Below, piece by piece: positions 49,335 through 59,854 of a stretch of DNA of 64,000 bases. Made by a program: the position numbers and the translations under genes. The stretch's first letter is position 1, and each line of letters opens with the position of its first letter. The DNA is taken from positions 1,536,001-1,600,000 of the forward strand of contig CAXXLL010000003.1 in NCBI GenBank assembly GCA_963662545.2. Reading direction: 5' to 3'. The stretch comes from Gammaproteobacteria bacterium. Lineage in GTDB: Bacteria > Pseudomonadota > Gammaproteobacteria > Ga0077536. The notes under the pieces were generated by a model. The model did not search any database. It was not told where the DNA came from and saw only the letters and a list, made by a program, of their open reading frames with translations.

Positions 49335-50719
49335 GGGTCTACGCGGAAACGTGTGGGTTGATATTGGCATTTCTGGGTAGTGGCGGAAGAAATGCCGCAA
49401 TGATTTTCAGTTTGAGGAATTCCTCATCACGATAGCCATAGGCGCGTCGTTGCAGGACCCGGATTTTGTTGTTGACCCCTTCGACCAATCCAAGACTGAC
49501 TTTATTCTTAGCATCACAATAGGAAGCAATGCCATCCCAATGGGATTCAATCAGCTCAGCAAACTTGCGATACGGCGCCAATCGCTGCCATTTCAGACTG
49601 TCCTTCCAGCGCTCGAAAAAGGCACGCGCGCCGCGCTCGGTACGGTAGTCCCAGAGTTGGCCGAAGGTTTCCTTGAGGACGTAGGCGGTGTTCAGACGCC
49701 GGTTGGCCTGGAGCAGTTTTTTCAGGGCTCGTCTGCCATCCAGATTCAGGTTCTCGCGTCGCGAGAGCAAGGTATATCGCTGGCCTTTGATGTAACTCCT
49801 GTCCTTGCCGCGGAGACGTTTGTATTCACGGCGCCGGACTTCATCGAGAGCCTTTGAGAGGTGGCGCATGATATGGAACTTGTCATAGATGATCCGCGCC
49901 TGCGGTGCGTTGTTCATGACCGAGTTACGGAACGGCTTCCACATGTCCATCGCCGCCAGTTCGATGCGAGCGCTCTTGTTCTCGCCCAATGCCTGGAAAA
50001 ACAGGTCGATGTCAGCCTCTTTGCGACCTTCACCACCGACCCAGATAGGACGCCCCCGATCCAGGTCACTGACGATGACCCGGTAGTTATGTCCTTTGCG
50101 GATGGAGATCTCATCAATACCGATGGCCCGGGGTGCTGGCATGCCCGCCAGCTCAACCTGCTTTTGCATGTACAGCTTATCGAGGTCTTTCACCGTGCTG
50201 TGGTGCAGGCGTTCCCTCTCGGCGACAGCCTGGTTCGGCATGTCCCGGCACAGCTTGCCCACCTGCATGGCAAAGCGCTGCGTATAGCGAGGGTTCTTTG
50301 CCAGCCAGTCAAGATGTTCTACCTGCACGCCGCCGCACCTCCGGCAACTGACACGCCAGCGTTCGAACTCCAGGTAGATTCGCCATCCGGCAACTGACAG
50401 GTCTCGTACTCGCAGCACCTTCTTGTCGTAACGCCCGCGGCACCGGTGAGCACAGTGAGAACAGATCGCTGTTTTTTTCGCCTCTTGAGTTGGATCACAC
50501 GGGCATACCGATCACCAAACATGCCCACCAATTTCGATGCGGCGGTAAAACCAGGGAACGCAAACAGCGCTCGGATCGACTTGGGATTCTTCATGGCCTT
50601 AGCCTACCCACAAAATGAAACCACTTTCACCCCATACGAAATCTCTGAATGTCTACATGATTTCAATGGTTTACACTTGGTCTAATTCAGAATTTACCCA
50701 CATGAATCCGCGTAGACCC
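49335..50719 (-). mobile_element. Complete ISL3-family insertion sequence (1385 bp)
   Basis: 23-bp imperfect IRs GGGTCTACGCGGAAACGTGTGGG / CCCACATGAATCCGCGTAGACCC, and 8-bp target duplication AACAAATA (49327-49334, 50720-50727). Confidence 0.95.
49339..50594 (-). CDS. ISL3 transposase, split by a -1 frameshift at an A7 run (50472-50478)
   Basis: After a -1 shift the frame reads KTAICSHC...RVRDL...CRRC (zinc finger), then GIDE, MDM, DKFH and EG.NNKI....RRAYG. Confidence 0.92.
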
Positions 50720-50754
50720 AACAAATAAGACCTATTTCAAAATTGTCCACATGT

Positions 50755-50819
50755 GCACCGGTACACCCCCGTACCGACGACGGACCGGCGAAAAACGGGG
50801 TTATTCACCAGCCTGTTAA
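50755..50819. repeat. Partial family C element (one end, opposite orientation)
   Basis: CGAAAAACGGGGTTATTCACCAGCCTGTTAA is a close reverse-complement match to the family C left end, including the CGGTAC/GTACCG hairpin. Confidence 0.7.
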
Positions 50820-50837
50820 TTTCGACGGCAGCCCGAA

Positions 50838-50963
50838 GGAACCGATGCATAAGTCATGGTGCGTCTGAATGGTTCATGCAATGGTGCAGTTCAAGGCACG
50901 AATCGCCGACCATAGCGGGGACTATGGGCAAGGCAGATGGGCCATGACTTATTCAGAGGTTCC
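50838..50963. repeat. Family A element copy 4 with a 36-bp internal deletion
   Basis: Colinear with copy 1 except for loss of the segment between the two ATGGGCAAGG direct repeats; ends TTCAGAGGTTCC-CTAA. Confidence 0.85.
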
Positions 50964-50979
50964 CTAACCCCCAACCCGA

Positions 50980-52026
50980 ATGAACGATCGATTTTTACGC
51001 GCCTTGGCTCGACAACCCGTCGACTGCACGCCGGTCTGGATCATGCGCCAGGCGGGCCGTTATCTTCCAGAGTATCGCAAAATCCGCGAACGCGCCGGAG
51101 ATTTTCTAACGCTCTGTAAAACGCCGGATCTCGCTTGTGAAGTAAGCTTGCAACCGATGCAGCGCTTCGATCTCGACGCCGCGATCCTGTTTTCAGACAT
51201 CTTGACCATCCCCGACGCCATGGGCCTCGGTTTGACGATCGAAGAGGGTTTCGGACCCCGTTTCGAACGCCCCGTCGTGAGCATCGCGGACATCGACGCC
51301 CTGCCCCTGCCCGATCCCACCGACGAACTGCGCTACGTGCTCGACGCCGTGGCGTTAACGCGGCGTGAACTCGATGGGCGCCGCCCGCTCATCGGGTTTG
51401 CCGGCAGTCCCTGGACGCTTGCGACCTACATGGTCGAAGGACAGAGCAGCCGCGAATTCGCCAAGATCAAACGCCTCGCCTATGAAAGCCCCGAGGCGAT
51501 CCACCGGCTGCTGGAAAAGCTCTCGCGCGCCGTTGCGGATTACTTGATCGCGCAGATTCACGCCGGCGTGGACGCGGTCATGGTGTTCGACACCTGGGGC
51601 GGCACGCTTTCGACCGCTGCCTACCTCGAATTCTCACTCGAATACTTACGGCGCATTGTCTCTGCTTTACCGGCAGAAACACCCAGTATCATCTTTACGA
51701 AAGGCGGCGGCGGATGGATCGAGGCGATAGCAGAGATCGGCTGCACTGCTGTTGGCCTGGACTGGACGGTCGAGATCGGCGACGCGCGCAAACGGATCGG
51801 CCATCAGGTCGCGTTGCAGGGCAACCTCGATCCCGCCGTGATGCTGGCCAGCCCTGCCACCATCGAGCGCGAAGCAAAGCGGGTACTCGATGCTTACGGA
51901 CCAGGCAGCGGCCACGTTTTCAATCTCGGCCACGGCATCACGCCTGCCGTTCCCCCCGAACACGTCCAGCAACTGGTCGACACCGTACACAGCTACAGCC
52001 GTCGATATCATGAACCAACGGATTAA
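50980..52026 (+). CDS. hemE: Uroporphyrinogen decarboxylase
   Basis: [41 protein letters not shown] and FNLGHGI motifs. Confidence 0.98.
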   Translation: MNDRFLRALARQPVDCTPVWIMRQAGRYLPEYRKIRERAGDFLTLCKTPDLACEVSLQPMQRFDLDAAILFSDILTIPDAMGLGLTIEEGFGPRFERPVVSIADIDALPLPDPTDELRYVLDAVALTRRELDGRRPLIGFAGSPWTLATYMVEGQSSREFAKIKRLAYESPEAIHRLLEKLSRAVADYLIAQIHAGVDAVMVFDTWGGTLSTAAYLEFSLEYLRRIVSALPAETPSIIFTKGGGGWIEAIAEIGCTAVGLDWTVEIGDARKRIGHQVALQGNLDPAVMLASPATIEREAKRVLDAYGPGSGHVFNLGHGITPAVPPEHVQQLVDTVHSYSRRYHEPTD

Positions 52027-52936
52027 GACCGGTGCCATCATCGTGCTCAAGGGATTCTGCATGGGCGCGGCCGACGTCGTGCCCGGCGTCTCGGGTGGCA
52101 CGATGGCTTTTATCCTAGGGATCTATACCCGCTTCATCGATGCGATTAAGTCGTTCGATACCGCCTGGTTGAAAGCCTTCGTTCGTTTCGATAGTTCTAC
52201 CTTACTGACGCGGCCCGACTTTCCGTTCATCGTGCCGCTCGTCGTCGGTATTTTCTGCGCGATTTTGTTTTTCACGCACGTCATCCCCCTGCCGCGCTTG
52301 CTGGAGACCCATCCTCAGTACGTCTACGGCCTGTTCTTCGGGTTGATCGTCGGCTCGATCGTCGTTCTGATAAAGGGCCTGGGCGGTTTGCGTGCCGTTG
52401 ACGTTCCACCGTTGATCGCCGGATTGCTATTGGGCATCGTCCTCGTCACGGCCGTTCCCGCCGAGACACCCGATACGTGGTGGTTCGTCATGCTGTGTGG
52501 CGCCTTGTCGATCTGCGCGATGGTGGTACCCGGCATCTCAGGTTCATTCGTGCTGCTTTTACTGGGCAAATACGCCTACGTGCTCGACGCGGTCGGGCAT
52601 TTTCGGATGGCGGTGGTCGCGCCGTTCGCGCTCGGCGCCTTAGCCGGTCTGTTTTCCTTCACCCGGCTGCTGTCGTGGTTGCTTCATCGCTACGAACGCG
52701 CGGCCCTGCTCGCCATCTCCGGCATACTCGTGGCCTCCCTGTGGGTCGTGTGGCCCTTTCAGCAACGTCGCTACGTCGAGATCCGCGGCGCGCTCAAATG
52801 GGTTGAATCCTCTCCTTTGCTGCCCGAGTTCTCCGCGACCGCGTTCGCCGTCGGGGTGTTGGCGGCCGCGGGATTCGTCATCGTTGTTGCGATGCAGCGA
52901 ATGGCATCAACCCCCGTGATATCGCCAGATCCGTAG
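52010..52936 (+). CDS. DUF368 membrane protein (undecaprenyl-phosphate translocase family)
   Basis: [22 protein letters not shown] and AM..PGISGS repeats, with multiple TM segments. Confidence 0.9.
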   Translation: MNQRIKTGAIIVLKGFCMGAADVVPGVSGGTMAFILGIYTRFIDAIKSFDTAWLKAFVRFDSSTLLTRPDFPFIVPLVVGIFCAILFFTHVIPLPRLLETHPQYVYGLFFGLIVGSIVVLIKGLGGLRAVDVPPLIAGLLLGIVLVTAVPAETPDTWWFVMLCGALSICAMVVPGISGSFVLLLLGKYAYVLDAVGHFRMAVVAPFALGALAGLFSFTRLLSWLLHRYERAALLAISGILVASLWVVWPFQQRRYVEIRGALKWVESSPLLPEFSATAFAVGVLAAAGFVIVVAMQRMASTPVISPDP

Positions 52937-53152
52937 ACGCGGAGCACGATCAAATCGGCGATCTCGACGGATTTTCCGTCTCGCGGGCAAGCACCAGGAC
53001 GCTGAGAATTCCCGTTGCCAGGATTGTCGACGCGACCCCGTGAAAGCGGTCCGATCCCGGCGTCCAGCCCTTATTTCGGCAGGTACGATCTCCAGTACTA
53101 TTCTTTAGGAATTAGCGGTTTAAAAGTATATACTTAGCGAAATTCTAAAGTC

Positions 53153-54462
53153 ATGGGTGGTAAGGGCGTGGCCGTTTATTTAGCCAGGGGTTTACTCTGT
53201 TTCTTTCTGCTTGCGTGGGCAGGCGTCCTCTACGCTGACGCCGTGCTCGACGAAGCACGCGGCTTGCTTTCGAACTGCTTATACCCCTCGAAGCCGAGCG
53301 TTCGGGTGACACGGAGTTCGATTATCTGCTCGGCGTCGCCGCGATCGATGCCGGGTTCGTGACCCAAGGTGTGTTCGCGCTCGAACGCGTACTCGCCGTC
53401 GAACCCACCAACGACCTCGCACGCGCCGAGATCGCGCGTGCGTATTTTATCCTTGGCGAGCGTGAGACGGCGCGCCAGGAATTCACTACCGTGCAACAGA
53501 GCGGGCAGGCCCCGGACGAGGCCATCGACACGATCAACAAATATTTGGCCTTGCTCGACCAGGCCCGCGTCGAAGAAGGCCGAAGGATCAGTGGCTACAT
53601 CGAAATGAGTCTCGGCTACGACACCAACATCAATTCGGCTACCGACCAGAGTCAGATCATCTTGCCGCTTCTTCCCGGCATTCAATTCCAGCTCGACGGT
53701 AACGCCCAGGAGCAGGAGAGCGAATATATGCGGGTTGCGGGTACGGTCAACGCATCACACCCGATCTCCGAACACTGGGACGTGGTCGCCGGCGCACGCG
53801 GTTATTACCGCCTGACCGACAAACCGTTCAGCACACAGGACGCGTACGGATACGTCGGGGTCGCCGCAGAATACGGTAAGCATCGTATGACTGCCGCCGG
53901 CACGGCGGAGAACTTCGAAATCGATGGCAACACCTTGCGCAATATCTACGGCGGCTTCGCGCAATGGATTTATGCGATCGACGATCAGAGTCGTTTCAAC
54001 CTCTCGGTGCAGGGTTCAAATATTCAGTTCGCTGCTATTGGAGCCCGCAACGTCGACCGGTATACCTTTGCGGCTGGCTATATCCGCGCCTTGAGGCACG
54101 CTCGCCGGCCGGTCATCTACGGCAGTGTCTACGGCGGCATGGAAGACGAGAACGACAAGGCGTTTCCCCAGTTCGGACACGATTTCTACGGCGGCAGCAT
54201 CGGTGGTAGCCTGCAAATATTAGGAAATGCACGGGCTTTTGCCAATTTCGCGCTCGAACACCGCGATTATAACGGTCCGGATGCCCTTTTTTTCACGGTT
54301 CGCGACGATACCCAGTTTATCGTGACCACCGGTATAGAGTTTGAATTAGTTCACGGTTGGAAGATTATCCCCGAGGTAAGCTATATCAATAACGACTCGA
54401 ATATCGTGCTCTCCGACTACGATCGAGTCGTCGCCGGCGTGCGGGCGCGTTTTTCGTTTTAG
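53153..54462 (+). pseudogene. TPR + outer-membrane beta-barrel protein (Slam/DUF560, T11SS-like), frameshifted near 53270
   Basis: The signal peptide is in one frame. The next frame reads ELLIPLEAERSGDTEFDYLLG...FALERVL (TPR), GYDTNIN, amphipathic strands, N.SNI...DY.R and a terminal Phe. Confidence 0.75.
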
Positions 54463-54484
54463 GCACGCCGCGAGGAGAAGAATC

Positions 54485-56059
54485 ATGAAAGATACGCTCA
54501 ACTTCCGACGAAAACCGCTCGCCCTGGCGGTCGCCATCGCCACCGGCGCGACGCCTGTTCTCGCCAATGCCGCGGCCGGGCGCATCGAGTTCGCCTACGG
54601 GCAGGTCGCGATAGAAAACGCGAGCGGCACCGATGAATCCATCAGAAAAGGCAAGAAGGTGAACGCCGGCGATACCGTGGTCACCGAGCGTGGTCGCGCG
54701 CAGATCCGTTTTACCGATGGGTCCTTCGTGTCGCTGCAGCCGAAGACGAGCTTCAAGATCGACGACTACAACTACGCAGGCAAGGAAGACGGCAGCGAGC
54801 GCAGCGTCTTCAGCCTGTTTCGCGGTGGGTTGCGGACGATCACCGGTCTCATCGGCCGCCGTAACAAGTCGAACTACCGATTGAACACACCGGTCGCCAC
54901 CATCGGCATCCGCGGCACAGCGTATCGGCTTCTAATTCAAACCGATGGGTCGCTCATTCTCGGATGCAATTTCGGTGGTTGCAGTGCCACCAATGACGGC
55001 GGCTCGACTAGTACCGACGCACCCGGCGTCATCCTCGTACTCAATCAATTCACTCAACCGACAATAGTAAACGGCGAGGCGGGTGAGTCGCTCCTCGTAC
55101 TGCGACCACCGTCGCGGATGATCGACCCCTTAACCGAGGCCGACGAGTTCATCTTCGACATTACCGATCTCGATCCGCAGCAGATCTGCGACCTGCTGAT
55201 CGACGCCGGATTTACGTTCGAAGAAGCCCAGGCGCTCGTGGTGCAGCTCTTCCCCGATTTCGTCAAACTCGGGGCGATCCTCGATGATGGACCGGGTTTT
55301 GCTGTGGCCTTCACATTTGACGGCGGTGAGGGCGGCGCCGGGCACGTCGCCGATTTCGAGGTGCCCGTGACCGCTGATTTCACAGAGGGGGAGCTCGAAG
55401 GCTGGGCCAGCGAATCCGCCAACCGCGGGGAGCTCACCTTGGTCGAGGCCGAGGCCGATGCCATCATCGGCTGGGGCCGTTGGGTAGATCAGACCGAGGG
55501 CGGCGAGGGTGTATTCGATCCGCCTGGTGCGACGGGCGCCGACATCTTTGACGGACCGGAAGGCCACAGCCTCCACTACGTCATTGGCCGGCCGACGGAC
55601 CTTGCGTCATTGATGACGGCGCCGCACAACGGACGCTTCAAGGTCCTTGGCTTTACCACGCCGACCAACACGGGAGGCGATTTGGGCACCTTTAACGGCG
55701 GCGCGTTCCAGGTCGATTTTGCTGCTAATTCCGTCGACGGCGCGGTCGCCTTTACCTTCGACAACCAATACGTGCTCGGTTTCACATCTCTAGGAGCACC
55801 CGCGGGTACGTTTAAGGCAACTGGACCCGGGCCAAACCTCAACGGGACGGTCTTTGGCGGCGGCTGCTGTTTCAGCTGCGAAGGAAAGATCGCGGGCCTC
55901 GTCGCCGGCCCCGGGGCCGAACGCGCTGGATTCGTCTATCACGTCAGCGATTTCTCCGAAAACGAACACATGTTCGGATCGGTCGTCTTCGAGCAGAATC
56001 CGATCGGACCGACAGTTCAAGATTTCCTTGGTCAATTTGCAGGAGGGGAAGGGTTCTGA
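54485..56059 (+). CDS. Secreted FecR-domain protein with a C-terminal TbpB/HphA-like beta-barrel (T11SS cargo candidate)
   Basis: Signal peptide ending ANA; GD.V.T..GRAQIRF.DGS and TPVATIGIRGT (FecR); C-terminal GWGRW, VDF..N.V and G.VAGPGAERAG..Y. Confidence 0.78.
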   Translation: MKDTLNFRRKPLALAVAIATGATPVLANAAAGRIEFAYGQVAIENASGTDESIRKGKKVNAGDTVVTERGRAQIRFTDGSFVSLQPKTSFKIDDYNYAGKEDGSERSVFSLFRGGLRTITGLIGRRNKSNYRLNTPVATIGIRGTAYRLLIQTDGSLILGCNFGGCSATNDGGSTSTDAPGVILVLNQFTQPTIVNGEAGESLLVLRPPSRMIDPLTEADEFIFDITDLDPQQICDLLIDAGFTFEEAQALVVQLFPDFVKLGAILDDGPGFAVAFTFDGGEGGAGHVADFEVPVTADFTEGELEGWASESANRGELTLVEAEADAIIGWGRWVDQTEGGEGVFDPPGATGADIFDGPEGHSLHYVIGRPTDLASLMTAPHNGRFKVLGFTTPTNTGGDLGTFNGGAFQVDFAANSVDGAVAFTFDNQYVLGFTSLGAPAGTFKATGPGPNLNGTVFGGGCCFSCEGKIAGLVAGPGAERAGFVYHVSDFSENEHMFGSVVFEQNPIGPTVQDFLGQFAGGEGF

Positions 56060-56095
56060 CCCTAATCCGCACGACCAAACGAAAACGAGCGCCGC

Positions 56096-58249
56096 TTGCC
56101 ACCCTCGGACCGTGCTGAAGACCGGCGACGCGTAGAAGTTCTCGTCGAAGAACGGCGCCTGGAAGAAGCGGCGAGGGCACTCGAACCGATCTGCGAGAGT
56201 GCCTCCGCCACCGCGCGCGATTGGCTGATACTGGGCCAGCTGCGGCTACAGCTGAACCAGACCGCGGCCGCGCTAACTGCGCTCGAACGGGCCGATACCG
56301 AGAGTCCTGGCCAGGCATCGATCGTCAACGCCCTCGCCCATGCATTGTTTTCGCTCGGCCGTGCAGAGGATGCTTATGCGCGCCTCCAAGGCCAGATCGC
56401 ATGGACGCCCGGCGATCCCGAAATACACTTCAACCTCGGCTATATCGGCGAACAGCTGCAGAAACGAGACGAGGCTTGCGCCCATTACGGCGCAGCCTTA
56501 AATCTAGACGCCGACCATTATCGTGCGCGGCTGAACCGCGGCGCCTTGCTGAGCGATCTCGGAACCTTGGATGACGCGCTCGCGGATTACGAAGTCCTGG
56601 TCGAGGCCTATCCCGAGGACGCCGCGGCCTGGTTCAGCCGGGCTGAATGCCTCGTCAAATGCCGCCGATTCGTCGACGCAGCCGCTTCGGCCGAGCGCGC
56701 CCTGGCGATCGACCCAAGCTACGTCAAGGCCATGTTGTGTAAGGCCGTAGCGTTGGCGTCGTGCGGCGAAGTTCGCCCGGCACAGGACTTGTTCAATGCC
56801 GCCTGGGCGCAGAACCGCGATGCCGCGTCACGCTACGGCCACGCGGATGATCCGATGAGCTCGGTACCGGATGCCCGGGCGATCCACGTCTACCAGGAAT
56901 TCCAGTGCCTCTACCGGGCCGACTGGAGCGGCTACGCGGAATTCGCCGCGTCGTTCGAGAAATATATCGCGAGCGCAGAAGGTTCACCAAGCGACGTTTC
57001 AATGGCCTTTCCCGCGATGTACGCACCCCTTCCGGCGCAGAGCCGTGCAAAAGTTCATGTAGCGATTACCAGCGCGATCGCGTCGGTTGCCGGCGCGCCG
57101 ATGCCGCCGGTCTTGCCGTCGGGCAAACAACGATTACGCGTGGCCTACCTGTCGTCGAAGTTTCGGGCCAGCCCGTCTTTCGTCCTGGTCAACGGACTAC
57201 TCGAAGCGCACGATCGCGGCCGCTTCGAGATCTTCGGCTATGCCTTGAACCCGGACGATGGCAGCGTCGAACGCGTACAATCCGCAGACGCCGTCGACGT
57301 GTTCGTCGATCTCTCTGCGACGAACGACGAAGAAGCCGCCCGGCGGATCCGCGGCGACGGCATCGATATTCTGATCGATCTCAACGGCTACAGTAACGAA
57401 GCCCGTCCCGGGATCCTCGCGCGCCGCCCGGCGCCCCTGCAGGTCAATTATCTCGGCCACATGCACTCTCTCTACGCACCGTGGATCGATTACCGTTTCA
57501 CCGACGCGGTCGCGGAACCCGAGGCGGCCGGCTACTCACCGCCGGAAGCCCGCGTTTTTTTACCGCCCAGTTATTACGTCTACGACGAACGCCGCCGGCC
57601 TTCAAGCTTGGCCCCGGAGCGCACCGCACTGGGGCTGCCACAGGATGCTTTCGTGTTCTGTGCTTTCAGCGGCGTCGCGAAGATTGAACCCGTGGTTTTC
57701 GCGGCATGGATGGCGATACTCGAGCGTGTGCCGGACTCGGTCCTCTGGTTGCAGGATCCGGGTGACCCGGCAAAGGCCAATCTTCGCGGCGCGGCCGAGT
57801 GCGCCGGGATCGCGCCGGCGAGGCTCTGTTTCGTCGGGCGCATCGAGCATGTAAAACACCTCGAACGTCAACAGGCGGCCGATCTATTTCTCGACACCTT
57901 CACTCACGGCGCCCACGCGACCGGTCTGGATGCGCTCCATGCCTGCGTCCCCCTGGTAACCCGTCAGGGCGACAGTTTGGCTGCGCGCGTCGGTGCAAGC
58001 CTGCTCACCGCAGTCGGATTACCGGAACTCATAAGCTGCACAACACAGGCGTACATCGAATGCGCCTGTGAGCTGGCGCACGACCTCGACCGCCTGGCAG
58101 GGATCAGACGGCGCCTCAGCGCTACGATCGAGAACGACAACCCGTTTGCCTCGGCATCAGTCGCGACAAAAATCGAAGCCGCGTTCGAGCTGATGTGGGA
58201 GCACCATTGTGCAGGCGAATCGCCTGCCGACCTGCACACGGACGTTTAG
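56096..58249 (+). CDS. TPR-containing GT41 (O-GlcNAc transferase/SPINDLY-like) glycosyltransferase
   Basis: Several TPRs, then RLRVAYLS, HDR.RFE, IDILIDL.G, RPAP.QV.YLG, KI.P, P.S.LWL, DLFLDT and RVGASLL. Confidence 0.88.
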   Translation: MPPSDRAEDRRRVEVLVEERRLEEAARALEPICESASATARDWLILGQLRLQLNQTAAALTALERADTESPGQASIVNALAHALFSLGRAEDAYARLQGQIAWTPGDPEIHFNLGYIGEQLQKRDEACAHYGAALNLDADHYRARLNRGALLSDLGTLDDALADYEVLVEAYPEDAAAWFSRAECLVKCRRFVDAAASAERALAIDPSYVKAMLCKAVALASCGEVRPAQDLFNAAWAQNRDAASRYGHADDPMSSVPDARAIHVYQEFQCLYRADWSGYAEFAASFEKYIASAEGSPSDVSMAFPAMYAPLPAQSRAKVHVAITSAIASVAGAPMPPVLPSGKQRLRVAYLSSKFRASPSFVLVNGLLEAHDRGRFEIFGYALNPDDGSVERVQSADAVDVFVDLSATNDEEAARRIRGDGIDILIDLNGYSNEARPGILARRPAPLQVNYLGHMHSLYAPWIDYRFTDAVAEPEAAGYSPPEARVFLPPSYYVYDERRRPSSLAPERTALGLPQDAFVFCAFSGVAKIEPVVFAAWMAILERVPDSVLWLQDPGDPAKANLRGAAECAGIAPARLCFVGRIEHVKHLERQQAADLFLDTFTHGAHATGLDALHACVPLVTRQGDSLAARVGASLLTAVGLPELISCTTQAYIECACELAHDLDRLAGIRRRLSATIENDNPFASASVATKIEAAFELMWEHHCAGESPADLHTDV

Positions 58250-58256
58250 CCGTCAC

Positions 58257-59738
58257 TCATTGCGCGCCGTGGCGCCGCGATTTGATAGCGGCGAGCACGA
58301 CGACCAGGAGCAGAACGGCCAACAAGGGGCGATCCCCCAACCGCGTGTAGGGCGTGACGCCGGTACGCGGGATCAAGCCGGCACGCAGGCTGTTCGGTTC
58401 GAACTGCGCCGACTTAGCGACGATTTTTCCTCGATGATCGATCACCGCCGTGATGCCCGTGTTCGTTCCGCGCAGCAGGTACCGCCCTGTCTCCAGCGCC
58501 CGCATGCGCGCGATTTCCAGATGCTGGTGCGGCGCGATCGTGTCGCCAAACCACGCGTCGTTACTAACGTTAACCAGAAAAGCCGCGCCCGGCAGCGCGC
58601 GCGCGATCTCGCGGGGAAAGGCATCTTCGTAGCAAATCGAAAGACCCGCCGCATACCCGGCGACGGTGACCGTGGTCTGATCCTCCCGGCCGGGCGTGAA
58701 ATCGGACATCGGAATATTCAACAGGCGCGAGAGATCGCGCATGAAACCTTTTAAGGGGAAGACCTCCCCGAACGGGACCAGATGCCGTTTGTCGTAGCGG
58801 CCCGGCGTGGAACCCAGGTCGATGATGCTGTTGAAATAACGCTTGTTCCACGGCTCACCGGACAAGATGCCAATCAGGAGATCCGTGTTCGTTTCGCTGG
58901 CCCGGTCCTGCAGCGCTTGAATAGTCTCCGGCACTTCAAAGGGAAAAGCCGGGATCGCAGTCTCCGGCCAGATCACGATATCCGCGTCCCAATGCGGTTC
59001 CGTCAGGGATTGATAAAGTTCGAGTGTCGGTTGACGCACGTCATCGTGCCACTTAATGGCCTGTGGGACGGCGCCTTGCACGAGGACGACTGTGAGTTTC
59101 GGACCCGCGGCCCGAGTCCAGTTTATATGTGTCAGCCGCTCACCACCTATCACGATCGCCCCGATAGCGATTGCGAACGCGACGCGAACCTTCAAAGTGC
59201 TGAAAACGAAGGCAACGACGGCGGCGGCGATTACGACGACCACCAGCGAGCAGCCGTAAATGCCGACGATCGGCACGAACCCGGCCAAGGGAGAATCGAT
59301 CTGACTGTATCCCAAGGACAACCATGGAAATCCGCTGAAAAGGGTCGCGCGAAGCCACTCCGCGAGGACCCACAACGCAGGCGCTGAAAAAATCAAGCGA
59401 CCGGTCTCCTGGCGCGGCGAGTGAGCGTTCATCACGCCTGCGAACAGGGCCGGATAACAGGCCATACCCGCGATCAATACGGCTGTAACGCTTACCGAGA
59501 ACGCGTAGTACGGGACGCCGAATTGATGAATACTGACCTGCACCCACCAGACGCCGCAACCGAACATACCAAGCCCGTATAGCCACCCTGCGAGGGCCGC
59601 GCGCGACATACTGATTCCGCGGATGACGAGCAACAGCACGACCGGGGAAACAATCGCTACCGGCCATATGCCGAACGGCGCGAACGCAAGCGGCAAAATC
59701 GCACCGCCCGCTATGGCTGCCAGATAACGCTGCCACAT
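58257..59738 (-). CDS. lnt: Apolipoprotein N-acyltransferase
   Basis: LAFAP, EWLR..LF.GFPW, WPETA, Y.K.HLVPFGE, ICYED and SNDAWFG motifs. Confidence 0.97.
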   Translation of the reverse strand: MWQRYLAAIAGGAILPLAFAPFGIWPVAIVSPVVLLLVIRGISMSRAALAGWLYGLGMFGCGVWWVQVSIHQFGVPYYAFSVSVTAVLIAGMACYPALFAGVMNAHSPRQETGRLIFSAPALWVLAEWLRATLFSGFPWLSLGYSQIDSPLAGFVPIVGIYGCSLVVVVIAAAVVAFVFSTLKVRVAFAIAIGAIVIGGERLTHINWTRAAGPKLTVVLVQGAVPQAIKWHDDVRQPTLELYQSLTEPHWDADIVIWPETAIPAFPFEVPETIQALQDRASETNTDLLIGILSGEPWNKRYFNSIIDLGSTPGRYDKRHLVPFGEVFPLKGFMRDLSRLLNIPMSDFTPGREDQTTVTVAGYAAGLSICYEDAFPREIARALPGAAFLVNVSNDAWFGDTIAPHQHLEIARMRALETGRYLLRGTNTGITAVIDHRGKIVAKSAQFEPNSLRAGLIPRTGVTPYTRLGDRPLLAVLLLVVVLAAIKSRRHGAQ

Positions 59739-59854
59739 ATTTTGATCCGACTCTTATCGCGGCCGCGACTGTCGATGCCAGCCGCCGCTCATAGGTAGGA
59801 ATTTAGAGCTAGCACGGATACGCAAACGGTTTACGGGGCGACACAATAAAATGA

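Noticed and set aside
49335-50719. ISL3 as the mobiliser of the MITE families
   Set aside because: Its ends (GGGTCTACGCGG) and 8-bp AT-rich target duplication match none of the three families, which use short YTAR-type targets.
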